Below, piece after piece: positions 50,351-60,043 of a DNA stretch of 64,000 bases. The translations under genes were made by a program, and so were the position numbers. Position 1 is the stretch's first letter; the number at the start of each line of letters is the position of its first letter. The notes under the pieces are model-generated. The model did no database searches. It had not been told where the DNA came from and saw only the letters and a program-made list of their open reading frames with translations. This DNA is from a virus (Duplodnaviria > Caudoviricetes): IMG/VR virus record IMGVR_UViG_3300027759_000084, positions 1,743 to 65,742 of that record; one strand, given 5' to 3'.

Positions 50351-50877
50351 ATTTTTGTAAAGACCATCCCAGTGTTTCTCATAAACTCACGCCTCATAGT
50401 TGAGTTTTCTCGAATCTGTTGAGTGAGTTCGATGTCCAACTCGTATCCGCATGACGTTATTTTGTCAATCCAGTATTCAGAAGGCTGGCAATTAACATGA
50501 TGAAATCCTTTCTTTCCTGGCAACGCATGAGTCATGCAGATAGCCTTTTTAGCCAACTTGAATGCAGCTAAGATATTCGGAACATGCTGTTCATCAACGT
50601 GCTCCACGAACTCAACGGACCATACTAAATCTCGGTGATGTGTCATTAACGGCCCTTTTGTGAAGTCGTGAGTTATCACATTTTCATTTGAGCAGGATTG
50701 GTCCCCGTCAACTCTAGTCCATGACACACCAATTAGCTCACACACCTTTTTCATTCCGCCTGGACCACAACCAATATCTAGAATGGATTTAATGTCTAAT
50801 CTTTGCTTTAACAAAGCTAAAGACCCATCATCAACATGAGTTATATTACAATGCCCTCCAAGATGATTTTGATTCAA
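50347..50877 (-). CDS. Class I SAM methyltransferase (glycan-associated type)
   Basis: ILDIGCGPG, DLVWSVEFVEH, HHVNCQPSEYW. Confidence 0.85.
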   Translation of the reverse strand: MNQNHLGGHCNITHVDDGSLALLKQRLDIKSILDIGCGPGGMKKVCELIGVSWTRVDGDQSCSNENVITHDFTKGPLMTHHRDLVWSVEFVEHVDEQHVPNILAAFKLAKKAICMTHALPGKKGFHHVNCQPSEYWIDKITSCGYELDIELTQQIRENSTMRREFMRNTGMVFTKI

Positions 50878-51794
50878 TTTAATATCCTCCCAAGGACAAA
50901 TGAAGCAAAGCTAAGTTCATCAGGCAATGGGAAAAGTTCTTTTGATGACGCGAAAACCTTTACAATATCAGCAATTTTACCCAAGTTTGTCATCTTGTGA
51001 AAGCAATATTTCCACACAAGGAAGTCGAGAAATTTTGATTTGTATGATTTGTCGCATTCCTGAATTCGCGATGGTATTAATCGCCCCGTGTATTGTGTTA
51101 CTCCAGACTGCCAAAAGTAACCTGGAGCATATTGCACAACATGTTTACCTGCTGCAATGGCATCTACAACGAATGTTGAGTTATAAACCAAGACAAATTC
51201 AGCCTTATCAACGATAGAAATATCCACATGGCCGCACTGGCTTCCGTGTTTATTTGCTATACCTCGAACTATTTCAAGTTCAGACGCATTACCCATCACC
51301 ACCGGATGAAGTTTTATAAATGCTTTACCCTTGTAGTATGAGCAAGCCTCATCCAAGAATTTGTGATAATCCCCAGTTGATCCAGCATTCCAAATACTTC
51401 TATCGCCAGGATGTTGCGCGGCAATTACAATACCATCCCATTCGACTTTCTCATGAGACTGTCTAAACTTGGACATAGTTAATCCTCTTTTCTGCATTTC
51501 AGAAAAAGAAACTTTGGCATCGTATGATTCAATAATTCCGCGAGCCATTGGAAAATTGAATGAAGCCTTCTCGTAAAGTCCCATTGAGTCGATGTGAATT
51601 CCATCCCAAAAGAAACCAGTCTCAATCATCGCGCATCTGGTTTGATGAACTGAATCACCCCAAGAGATAACGAAATTTTCTGGATTATTTCTAACTTCAC
51701 TACTTGTTTTTGAAATAGTGATTCCAAATTCCGCCATCTTTGAGTAGTCTTGACTCTTCAGAAAGTTAGGCCAAAGTTGATCTACAATTATCAT
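50874..51794 (-). CDS. Capsule-synthesis (KpsC/KpsS-like) glycosyltransferase
   Basis: IETG, QHPGDRSI, FIKLHP, VYNSTFVVDAIAAGKHV. Confidence 0.65.
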   Translation of the reverse strand: MIIVDQLWPNFLKSQDYSKMAEFGITISKTSSEVRNNPENFVISWGDSVHQTRCAMIETGFFWDGIHIDSMGLYEKASFNFPMARGIIESYDAKVSFSEMQKRGLTMSKFRQSHEKVEWDGIVIAAQHPGDRSIWNAGSTGDYHKFLDEACSYYKGKAFIKLHPVVMGNASELEIVRGIANKHGSQCGHVDISIVDKAEFVLVYNSTFVVDAIAAGKHVVQYAPGYFWQSGVTQYTGRLIPSRIQECDKSYKSKFLDFLVWKYCFHKMTNLGKIADIVKVFASSKELFPLPDELSFASFVLGRILN

Positions 51795-52378
51795 GGCGGC
51801 GTCGTTGTCGTCGTCGTCAACGGTGGCTGAGTCGTCGATGTTGAGCTTGTAGAGGTGGAACTCGTTGAAGTTGAACTACTTGTAGTCGAACTCGTCGTCG
51901 TCGGTGGCGCAGTAGTTGTGGTCGAGCTTGAAGTCGTGCTGCTTGAAGTCGTGCTGCTTGAAGTCGTGCTGCTTGAAGTCGTGCTGCTTGAAGTCGTGCT
52001 GCTTGAAGTCGTGCTGCTTGAAGTCGTCGAAGAGGTCGTCGAAGAGGTTGTGCTGGAAGTCGTCGAGGTAGGCGGCTGAGTCGTCGTCGTGCTGCTCGTC
52101 GGCGTAGGTGGAGGGTTCGATCCAATGTAAATAACAGTTCCAGTAAATACCCCACCAGAAAAAGCTCCCGCTAGCTGGATATTTGATCCGGCATCAAATG
52201 GTGGACCTGAGTTATTGATACTCTCCATCTGCACATTCGACCTTGGCAGATTTGCAATCACCGTAGAGGTGCCATCTCGGCTAACATTCGAGCCAATTCC
52301 AGACATTCCCCATACCCAATTACGTTGAGCAAATGGGCCGTTCTCAGATGCAAATTCTCCGTTGCCAGTATTAATCAT
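51791..52378 (-). CDS. Ser/Thr-rich mucin-like protein
   Basis: Start MINTGNG by ATGA overlap; C-terminal half almost only S/T/P. Confidence 0.75.
   Translation of the reverse strand: MINTGNGEFASENGPFAQRNWVWGMSGIGSNVSRDGTSTVIANLPRSNVQMESINNSGPPFDAGSNIQLAGAFSGGVFTGTVIYIGSNPPPTPTSSTTTTQPPTSTTSSTTSSTTSSTTSSSTTSSSTTSSSTTSSSTTSSSTTSSSTTSSSTTTTAPPTTTSSTTSSSTSTSSTSTSSTSTTQPPLTTTTTTPP
51926..52027. repeat. Perfect 15-bp tandem repeat encoding STTSS
   Basis: gcttgaagtcgtgct x6 plus a 12-bp partial copy. Confidence 0.95.
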
Positions 52379-53855
52379 TGGATCACATCGTCTGGGGGTG
52401 GTGGAGGATAGATTGTGATCCGCTCCCTCAACCAAAGACCGTTAGTGTTCTGTTGGCGGTCCTCAATTATGAACGGTGCCCAATCTAGGAAATTTGTCGC
52501 TGGAAAAATCTGCGTAAAAGAATTACGATTTGTGGGCGCTGGATATACGCCGACACCTAAAACTGGCGTTTCTGGCTGAACCTTTAAAAACACGCAGGTT
52601 GGATGCAAGCAACGCTCAAATTTCATGCTCAAACCAATGTAATTACCATCAACATCTGTTGGAACAGGCTGGATGTGGGTCAATTCACCGGCTGAATAGG
52701 CTACATCTGACAAAAACTGCTCAACCAAGATAGTGCTATTATACGAGATTCCAGGACGGTAACGATACCTTGGCAGAAGCCTGTCAGCCGTCTCTGTATT
52801 TGCTCCATTGTTCACCACTTGCGGGAATCCAACTGCTCTAGCTGCGAACAAGTCTTCAAGCACAGAAGGCCAAGTGTATTGCCTTGTGTCGTAGTAGAAA
52901 TTAAACGGAACTCTGCGTTGCGCTGGAGTTCTTGGCCTGCCAAAAAACAACGTAACATGGTCCGCATCAGGCTTGTCAGATTTGAGATAGACGTAGTTGC
53001 CGTAAGATGGAAACTTTGAAAGCATCTCGCGTCCAACCGTCCACCCGCACTGATTAAATGAAGTTGGACGCGCACCAACAAGTGAGGCGCTTTGAGCAGA
53101 AATCAGCGTTGATCCATCTGGGAAAACCAATTCAGGACCAATGTAGTCCTGCGGCACTCGTACAGAGAACATGAACTCCTCTTCGTGCGGAGTTGGTAAC
53201 AGTTGAAAATTGCTAGCCATTAGACCGTTTCAGGTGGTTCATTGGAGATTTGATCGCCATCTGCCCATGTAGCATACAAATATGTTGGTGTGGCGCTATT
53301 AGCCTGACGGAATCTCCAATGAGTCTTTTTGAGAACGGATTGGCGAAGATCTTCGTGCGACACTTCATCGCTAGTGGTTGAAGTGACAGATGATGGAATA
53401 ACACTTACGTTCGTGCCGAATATCTTCGTACCAGCGGTTGCGGAATAAGTTCCACTTACAGTCTGTACCGTAAGAGGATCAACCGGAATCAGACCAGCCT
53501 TAAAGTCCAATTTTTCAGAATTAACCGTTGTTATTGTTGTAGATCCACCGCCTTGAGGTGGGGGAGTAACCGTCAAACTACCTGGCGCTGAATAAAGAGA
53601 TGTTGAAGTATCAAACAGATCTCGATACTCGCTAGACCAGACGTTCATGTCTGGCTCAGAATCACCAGTTAGAACAATCTCATCAATTTTGGAGAATTTC
53701 TGCCAGCGGCGGTCTTTTCGGAATAGATAAACGTCTGAAGCCATATTTTTTACCATATCCGCTTGACGGAATGATGCAAGTGGGATTATGGTTATCACAG
53801 CTTGAAAAAGCTGGCTTCGGGTGCAACTGGAGCAATCCACGGTAATCCGAAGCAA
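52375..53855 (-). CDS. Two putative virion proteins (52375..53220; 53220..about 53756)
   Basis: Head of the minus-strand virion operon, overlapping stop/start. Confidence 0.6.
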
Positions 53856-53895
53856 AAGCCCGAATTTCCGCCTGCACCCCGGTATTCGGGCTTTT
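53854..53895. terminator. Terminator-like hairpin (possibly bidirectional)
   Basis: aaaagcccgaat...attcgggctttt. Confidence 0.6.
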
Positions 53896-54181
53896 TCATG
53901 TTCTGATTTTTAGCCTACTCAGCAAAAGAGGCTACTCAAACCGAGAGGAATGAAACGCTCGACATGCAGGCCGTGAGAACGTCATGTGCTCCCCGTAGCG
54001 CCAAAACGGGGGATTTCGTGGGGGTCTAGCTCAAAATGAGTAATCATCAGAGTTGGCGGTGCGAATCAAAACAAGACTGCCGGGTTGCCCTCCCATACCT
54101 AACCATTGCCTTGTGCATGGGGAGGTGGGAGGGGTTGTGCCTGAGAGAGAATTCCCAAGTGATACTGAAGCCAATCCTGTT

Positions 54182-54406
54182 ATGATCCTGACCAAGAAAA
54201 CCATTGAAGCCCTTTTTAACTGTGGATCGCCTAATTCACGCCAGCTAGCAACACTGAGAATACGCCAAACAAAGGGCTGGATGCAGCGCCTTATCGGAAT
54301 AGAAATCAGCGAGGCTCTTTATGCTGAACTGATTGCCTGCAAAGGTCGAAGGCCATCAGGATTGCCAAAAGCCCAATGGAAAAAGCCATGTATCCCAACT
54401 GAATAA
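54182..54406 (+). CDS. Small hypothetical protein
   Basis: MILTKKTIEAL...KGWMQRLIG; start inferred. Confidence 0.5.
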   Translation: MILTKKTIEALFNCGSPNSRQLATLRIRQTKGWMQRLIGIEISEALYAELIACKGRRPSGLPKAQWKKPCIPTE

Positions 54407-54623
54407 ATGATGATCCGCTACTACCGCCTCCACAACGGTTCAATCTTTCGCTATCACGGCGTCATGATGCTCAAGAAGTCTGTATTCAAGGCGGTGACGC
54501 ATTCATTCGCACTTGGGAAGAATAAGACCATCAGCGTCCTCATGCTTCCATTCGTTAAAGTTGAAGTAGTGAAAACGAAATAATTTGCATCGCGTTAAAT
54601 AACGTGATAAGATTGATGACTAT

Positions 54624-54881
54624 ATGAAACCAATACAAGTAAAAACCACGCAAGGTCAACGCTATCGTATCCTCCGAGAGGTCAACTGCTTGAGTCAGCA
54701 GGCAGTGAATGAGCACATGGGACGTGCTTCCAGTTGGTGCTCGCAGCTAGAAAAAGACTGCTTTGAACTGACTGTGGATGCCGCATTAAAAATAGCAAGG
54801 ATGTATAAAGTAACTCTTGATCAGCTTATTGGAGAAGAGCAGATAGATGTTGTGCTGATGCCAAAAGTGAACGGATTTTGA
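54624..54881 (+). CDS. XRE-family HTH regulator
   Basis: LRE...LSQQAV...SQLEK...LKIARMYKVTLDQLIG. Confidence 0.8.
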   Translation: MKPIQVKTTQGQRYRILREVNCLSQQAVNEHMGRASSWCSQLEKDCFELTVDAALKIARMYKVTLDQLIGEEQIDVVLMPKVNGF

Positions 54882-54996
54882 TTAAAAAAATGAACAACAA
54901 AACAGAATTGATCGAGGCAATCATTCAGGCACACGCTTGAGGCTTTTGGATATTAATATGAAACGGATTTTCTAACCATCCACCATGAGAATGACT

Positions 54997-55039
54997 AATG
55001 ACACCAATGACACCAATGACACCAATGACACCAATGACA
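54997..55039 (+). repeat. 9-bp tandem repeat at an ORF start
   Basis: aatgacacc x4 plus aatgaca. Confidence 0.9.
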
Positions 55040-55247
55040 GACGAGAAACTAAAGGAAATCCGAGAACTGGCTTACGGCATGTCCGTGGCAAATATGAACC
55101 TGGACGATGTTGCCGACTACATGGCAATCGCCTCGGCGTGCGCACGCATGGAAAGCCGCCGCGCCAACCAGACAGCCACCGCATCAGGAGAACTTATTCC
55201 GAATACCTGACAACATTCGCTAGACATGGGGCGCGTGTTCTGTGTCC

Positions 55248-55561
55248 GGCGAACCGATAAGCACAGCAACCAAGGGAGCGAAATATGAGCGCCGAAGAAC
55301 ACGATCAAATGCCCGCCGCGACCGCAGGTTGCGCTGCTGCGGCTGGGTATGCCGGGGCGCTCAAAGCTCTAGCGGAAATGAGCCGCAACGAAGGAATGCT
55401 GTCTATGCAAGCCGGACTTGCGGACGATACACTGGCCAGACTGAACCATAAACAGAATGAAGTTGCACTAGCCTACGCGCATTTGAGACTCAAACGGCAT
55501 ACCCAAAAGATCAGCGACGGCTGAGCCTTGGCGAAGAAGTTGGCTGCATCGGACGTTCGGC
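55248..55561 (+). mobile_element. Integron-like gene cassette between two attC-like palindromes, containing ORF 55285..55524
   Basis: gggtatgccg (55345..55354) and cggcataccc (55495..55504) are exact complements; outer ends ggcgaac and gttcggc; imperfect inner arms. Confidence 0.55.
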
Positions 55562-57369
55562 TAAGTAGCCCACAAGCCAGCCAACTGCTTGAATCTCTTC
55601 TGCAATGGATTTGGTTTGCCGGGATTGTGATTTCCAGGCTTATCAATACTTGAGAGGCCATGCTTCTCACGGCAAAGTTCAATTAGAACGCAGGCGCTAT
55701 CATAAACGTCTGGCGACTTACCTGTTCTACGCTTCATATCGACTTTGGACTCAACCTTAATTCTTGACCCTCCATCAAGCGCCTTATTGTCTTTGTACTT
55801 ACGAACCGTCATCTCGTCAGCCATCTCCTTTGTGATGTTGCGTAGTTGATCGCAGCGAATCAGTTCTTTGCCACACCCCCAAAGTTCGCTAACCCTGTTA
55901 GCATACCTTACACTTGATTTCTCACGATCAGCAGCAGACACAGGACGATCTGAAGCCTTGCCACCGAAGTCCACACGCAAGAAGGTGTTACCCCACTTGC
56001 TCCACATGGCATCAGCGAAGGTCTTGCCACCACCAGCAGACGCATCAATTGCCACATCCTTGATGTCGATTCCATCCTTCTTGCAGATGTCTTTAATCTG
56101 GTCAATAAGCTGCGTAGTGCGGTCAACGTCGCGTTTGCTAGCATCGTCATTGAGAAGGATATGGCGCTCAAACTTGAGTCGTTTCTTGCCATCAGTGCAG
56201 ATGCCAATGGAGCCAATCGTCATCACTGTTTTGTCGCCACCACTGGTATATGAAAGGTCGATGCCGCATACCTTTGTTGGAATCCCCTGCCACACGCAAT
56301 CCTTGGGCGTCTTGATAATTTCAGCGGGCGAATAAATATTGTCATCGTCTCCATCAAGCAAGAACGCACCAAGAACACCACGCCAGTAAGCTCTTGTATG
56401 CTGGCCCAGCTTCTCTCGTTTTTCTTCCAACATCTCGCGAGTCATCAAGAACGGGTAGATCACCTTGCCCTCAATGATGTTTGGCGATGTCTCGTTATTG
56501 ATTCGGATGACGTGAGCGCCTTTCCCTTTCCACTCGTCCCAATCTGGGTTGTAGCTGTCCCATCCTCCAGGAATAGGCTCACAAAGCTGCCCAAAGGTAT
56601 CAAATGGCGAATTGGCGTTGGCTAGCGCGATAAGCTGGACATTTGGATTCTGCGTCAAGTTTTCCTCGAACGTATTGATAATGGATGGCGAAAGTTCAGC
56701 GCACTCATCCAGAACAACAATGAGCTTACCGCCAGGGCCATGCTTCTGACCTCGAATGGCGCGTGAGGATTCAGCGGCTTTGCTTTGCTCACCTGGAAAC
56801 AAGCGGATGCCGTACTCATCCATTACAACGCCAGTGTTCAGATCCATCGACTTGATACAGTGCGAGGATTCTACCAGCTTGCCAGGAGGTGCTCCAGCCA
56901 TGCCATTGAAGTAACGAGTGATCTGGCCCCAAATACGTCCCATCGAGTCCTTAATAGTCGTAGTGTTGACGAGAACGACGTTCTTGTATGGATTTGCCAA
57001 CCACCAAACGAGACAGTAAACGGCGAACAAACCAGTCTTGCCGCCAGAACCACCAGATGAGATCGCGAGACGCTTGTTTTCAAATGCGGCCTTTGCCATC
57101 TTGATCGCCCAAGGATGCCACATGAACGGAGTCCTACTTCCTGGGTAGTTCCAGATGAGGTTCACTGCGTTTACAAAATGAATCCACGCAGGCTTTCCTT
57201 GTGGGTTTTTATCGCCCTTCCAACCGAATAACGAACCCGTTGGACACTTGAGGAAGATCAACTCGACATCCAGTTGATTGCCAAATTGATGATCAAACTT
57301 GATGCCGTATGTCTCGATTGGTCCTCGCGTTAGTTGGACGACGCGAGATTTTTGGGGCTTCTGCTTCAT
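55561..57369 (-). CDS. terL: Terminase large subunit
   Basis: Walker A GGSGGKT, Walker B VVLDE, LANAN coupling motif, GIDLS..GGD, KSPDVYD. Confidence 0.9.
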   Translation of the reverse strand: MKQKPQKSRVVQLTRGPIETYGIKFDHQFGNQLDVELIFLKCPTGSLFGWKGDKNPQGKPAWIHFVNAVNLIWNYPGSRTPFMWHPWAIKMAKAAFENKRLAISSGGSGGKTGLFAVYCLVWWLANPYKNVVLVNTTTIKDSMGRIWGQITRYFNGMAGAPPGKLVESSHCIKSMDLNTGVVMDEYGIRLFPGEQSKAAESSRAIRGQKHGPGGKLIVVLDECAELSPSIINTFEENLTQNPNVQLIALANANSPFDTFGQLCEPIPGGWDSYNPDWDEWKGKGAHVIRINNETSPNIIEGKVIYPFLMTREMLEEKREKLGQHTRAYWRGVLGAFLLDGDDDNIYSPAEIIKTPKDCVWQGIPTKVCGIDLSYTSGGDKTVMTIGSIGICTDGKKRLKFERHILLNDDASKRDVDRTTQLIDQIKDICKKDGIDIKDVAIDASAGGGKTFADAMWSKWGNTFLRVDFGGKASDRPVSAADREKSSVRYANRVSELWGCGKELIRCDQLRNITKEMADEMTVRKYKDNKALDGGSRIKVESKVDMKRRTGKSPDVYDSACVLIELCREKHGLSSIDKPGNHNPGKPNPLQKRFKQLAGLWAT

Positions 57370-57667
57370 ATCTGTTGAATGGGTAGTTCAGAACTGGTAA
57401 GTTTCAAGATTATATGTTCTATGAACATCTGCCAAACTTGTTATAAAAACGGGCGATCTCTGTGGCAAGGTTGTTGTCTATGCAGCAAAGATGTGATGAC
57501 ATCCAGCCAATTCCATGCTTGGAACGCAACTCGCAGGGTTCATCATGATATACCTCAACCAAAGATTGAGGTGAAGCAGGTGGTCTTTAGAAAGCCAAGG
57601 CCGGTCTTTGGGCAGAGGTTGCAGAAGTGACTTGCGATAAGTCAATTTACGATGTCATATCTGAAAT

Positions 57668-57895
57668 ATGATAAACCATGAAGTTGAGACTATTGAGGAT
57701 GCGCTGACGATGTTGCAAGCGACTGTATTTGAGCCAGAGTTTGCCGCTCCTTTGATCAGGCGAAATTTGGAGCATGGGTTATGCTCTAGCTACGAGGTTC
57801 AGTTTTTTAAGGGAACGAATGGCGTATGTATGTCAGCAAAGATGACTCCAACTTACAAAAGTAAGTACCTCGGAAAATATGACGGTTTGGAGTGA
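57668..57895 (+). CDS. Hypothetical protein
   Basis: ATG ORF in gap. Confidence 0.45.
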   Translation: MINHEVETIEDALTMLQATVFEPEFAAPLIRRNLEHGLCSSYEVQFFKGTNGVCMSAKMTPTYKSKYLGKYDGLE

Positions 57896-57917
57896 TGATC
57901 ATCCAATTCTCTTTGAG

Positions 57918-57946
57918 TTGACAATTATAGAATGATTTGCAATAAT
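57918..57946 (+). promoter_or_regulatory. Sigma70-like promoter of the HNH gene
   Basis: TTGACA-17 nt-AATAAT. Confidence 0.55.
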
Positions 57947-58583
57947 GTCGAGCCATCGCGGAGTTTCAGTCTCCGCAACGGCTCTAACGAACTCACATAC
58001 TACTATTATGCAAATCGCTAATGCAATGGTGCCACGCGCACAGAAAGAAATCAAGTTCACACCGGAACAAGAGCAAAAATTTTGGTCAAAAGTTGATAAA
58101 TCTGGAGGTAATGATGCCTGTTGGCTTTGGACCGCTGGTAAAGTAAACGGTGGTTATGGACAATTTTCGCTCAATGGTGAAGTCGCTCTGTCGCACCGTG
58201 CTGCATGGATTATCACGAATGGTCAAATACCAAACGACGTAAGCAATGGTAGAATTTTAGTCTGTCATCGGTGTGATGTTCCAACATGCTGCAACCCCAA
58301 TCATTTGTTTCTCGGAACATACAGCGATAACGCTAGAGACAGAGAAAATAAAAATCGAGGCAACCACGCTAAAGGTGATTCTAATGGTTCTCGTAAATAT
58401 CCTGAGCGATTGAGGCGCGGCGAATCGCATGGTCGAGCTAAGCTTTCCGCAACTCAAGTCATTGAAATTCGCACTCGATATGCAGCTGGCGGAATATTTC
58501 ATCGTGAACTTGCCGCATATTTTGGCGTATCTACACCGCTAATAACTGATATAATCAAACGAAGGCGCTGGAAACATATATAA
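57945..58583 (+). CDS. HNH endonuclease with C-terminal HTH
   Basis: FWSKVDK..CWLWT..GYGQF..SHRAAW..VCHRCDVPTCCNPNHLFLGT..DN..D; probable start at MQIANA. Confidence 0.9.
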   Translation: MSSHRGVSVSATALTNSHTTIMQIANAMVPRAQKEIKFTPEQEQKFWSKVDKSGGNDACWLWTAGKVNGGYGQFSLNGEVALSHRAAWIITNGQIPNDVSNGRILVCHRCDVPTCCNPNHLFLGTYSDNARDRENKNRGNHAKGDSNGSRKYPERLRRGESHGRAKLSATQVIEIRTRYAAGGIFHRELAAYFGVSTPLITDIIKRRRWKHI

Positions 58584-58811
58584 ATATTCAATAAATATGA
58601 AAATACCAAGCTTCAAGGTTTTACTCAAACTTCTCTACCCACTCGGCTAGAAAACGGCTAAGTGGAATGCCATCTCCATCTGCTGTCATGCACTTGCAGC
58701 CTTCTGGCTTGCATTCAATCCAGGTGCAGCCGTCGTGATTGATCTTTGGCGAGTTGCCATGACGGCACTTAGCGCGTGACTCAAACTGGTTTTTAATGAC
58801 TTCAAAGTCAG

Positions 58812-59306
58812 TCATACCATGATGCGGATTCGACTGCGAATCTTTGAGATATGGCGAGTCTTTTTGAGAACAGCGCCACCTTCACGGCTTCCAGCACCAT
58901 CTGTATTCCCCTCAATACTTTTGATGTTGCCATTTTTGTCAGGAGATGAGAGAGCAATTCCAATGTGGCTGAATGTAAAAATAACGATGTCACCAGCTTG
59001 AATGTCACTTTTATGCGGCTTCTTCGTGTGTGTTGATTCGTCTTGTTCAAGACTCCAATTCTCGAAGTCCCATGCTCCTGCTGTCCTTGGACGCTTAAAT
59101 GTCTTGGTTTCCTTGATTCCAGCTAGCGCCAGAGCCTCACGGAAGCACCAACAAACGTAAGCTGCACACCACGGCCAACCAACCTTAGGATTAAGCCAAG
59201 TGGACGCCTTGTACTCATCAACGCGAGGTCCGCAGTTTGTGCCATTGACCTCTGTGACTCCGACTTCTTTGAGTGCTACTTGAACGAGTGCTTCTGATAG
59301 TTTCAT
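58812..59306 (-). CDS. CHAP-domain endolysin
   Basis: N.GPRV..Y, PWCAAYV, GDIVIF..SHIGI, SIEGNT. Confidence 0.85.
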   Translation of the reverse strand: MKLSEALVQVALKEVGVTEVNGTNCGPRVDEYKASTWLNPKVGWPWCAAYVCWCFREALALAGIKETKTFKRPRTAGAWDFENWSLEQDESTHTKKPHKSDIQAGDIVIFTFSHIGIALSSPDKNGNIKSIEGNTDGAGSREGGAVLKKTRHISKIRSRIRIMV

Positions 59307-59404
59307 ACTTTTGGAGAGCTAACAATAATGATGCCCCAAACAAGCAGGCAGATGGCGGTTATCGCAAGAATGGAAACTTGCGCGATAGAGAAATCTTGGA
59401 TCAT
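59303..59404 (-). CDS. 33-aa single-TM peptide, holin-like candidate (not in track)
   Basis: MIQDFSIAQVSILAITAICLLVWGIIIVSSPKV; ATGA overlaps on both sides. Confidence 0.5.
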   Translation of the reverse strand: MIQDFSIAQVSILAITAICLLVWGIIIVSSPKV

Positions 59405-59658
59405 GGATATTTGTCTTCCTCAATCATACGGGCGTTGTGCTTGTGAAGGAATTTAGCCAGATCACTGCTGAGTTTATCAACAACTTCCTCTGGCAGAATC
59501 CATTCCCACTCATGGAGGAATTCATGGATGAGGATGCGGAGATGATGCTGTCCGCATAAACGCTCGTCAATCTCAATATTACCGTTGCCGTAAGCAAGAC
59601 CTAAAGCCTTGTGACGACCCAGCTTTCGCTTTTTAACGGTTATTGAAGTAACCTTCAC
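59401..59658 (-). CDS. Minimal zincin-like HExxH protein
   Basis: GLA...IEID...LIHEFLH...EE. Confidence 0.7.
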   Translation of the reverse strand: MKVTSITVKKRKLGRHKALGLAYGNGNIEIDERLCGQHHLRILIHEFLHEWEWILPEEVVDKLSSDLAKFLHKHNARMIEEDKYP

Positions 59659-60023
59659 TGTTTTTGGCGGATGCTATCAACCATTGCTATGGTGGCCCCA
59701 CGAATATTGTTTTTGATTTGATAGCTTGTTTTATTCGGGTTGCGAGCAAGGGAAGCCTTAATTCGATCTTCAAGTGAAGAATCAGCATTGGTTTCTTCTT
59801 TCTGTCGATAACAACGAACGCGAGTTGTCATGCGACGTTTAGTATCCCAAACTGGGAAGTCTTGGGACTCAAATGCTCCAGATGAGACACCGCTTTTCAG
59901 CATGTCATGTACTCTTTCTGGAGAGCATTGAAGTTCATCGGCAATATGCTCCTTGGTATCCCAACCATGGGGAATGCAATACTTTTCAGCGTTGATCTTG
60001 TCGATAGCCTTTTGCCATTTCAT
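59655..60023 (-). CDS. Hypothetical HTH-like protein
   Basis: IP.GW.TKEHIADELQCS. Confidence 0.55.
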   Translation of the reverse strand: MKWQKAIDKINAEKYCIPHGWDTKEHIADELQCSPERVHDMLKSGVSSGAFESQDFPVWDTKRRMTTRVRCYRQKEETNADSSLEDRIKASLARNPNKTSYQIKNNIRGATIAMVDSIRQKQ

Positions 60024-60043
60024 TTGGTTTTGTGGTATGGTTG

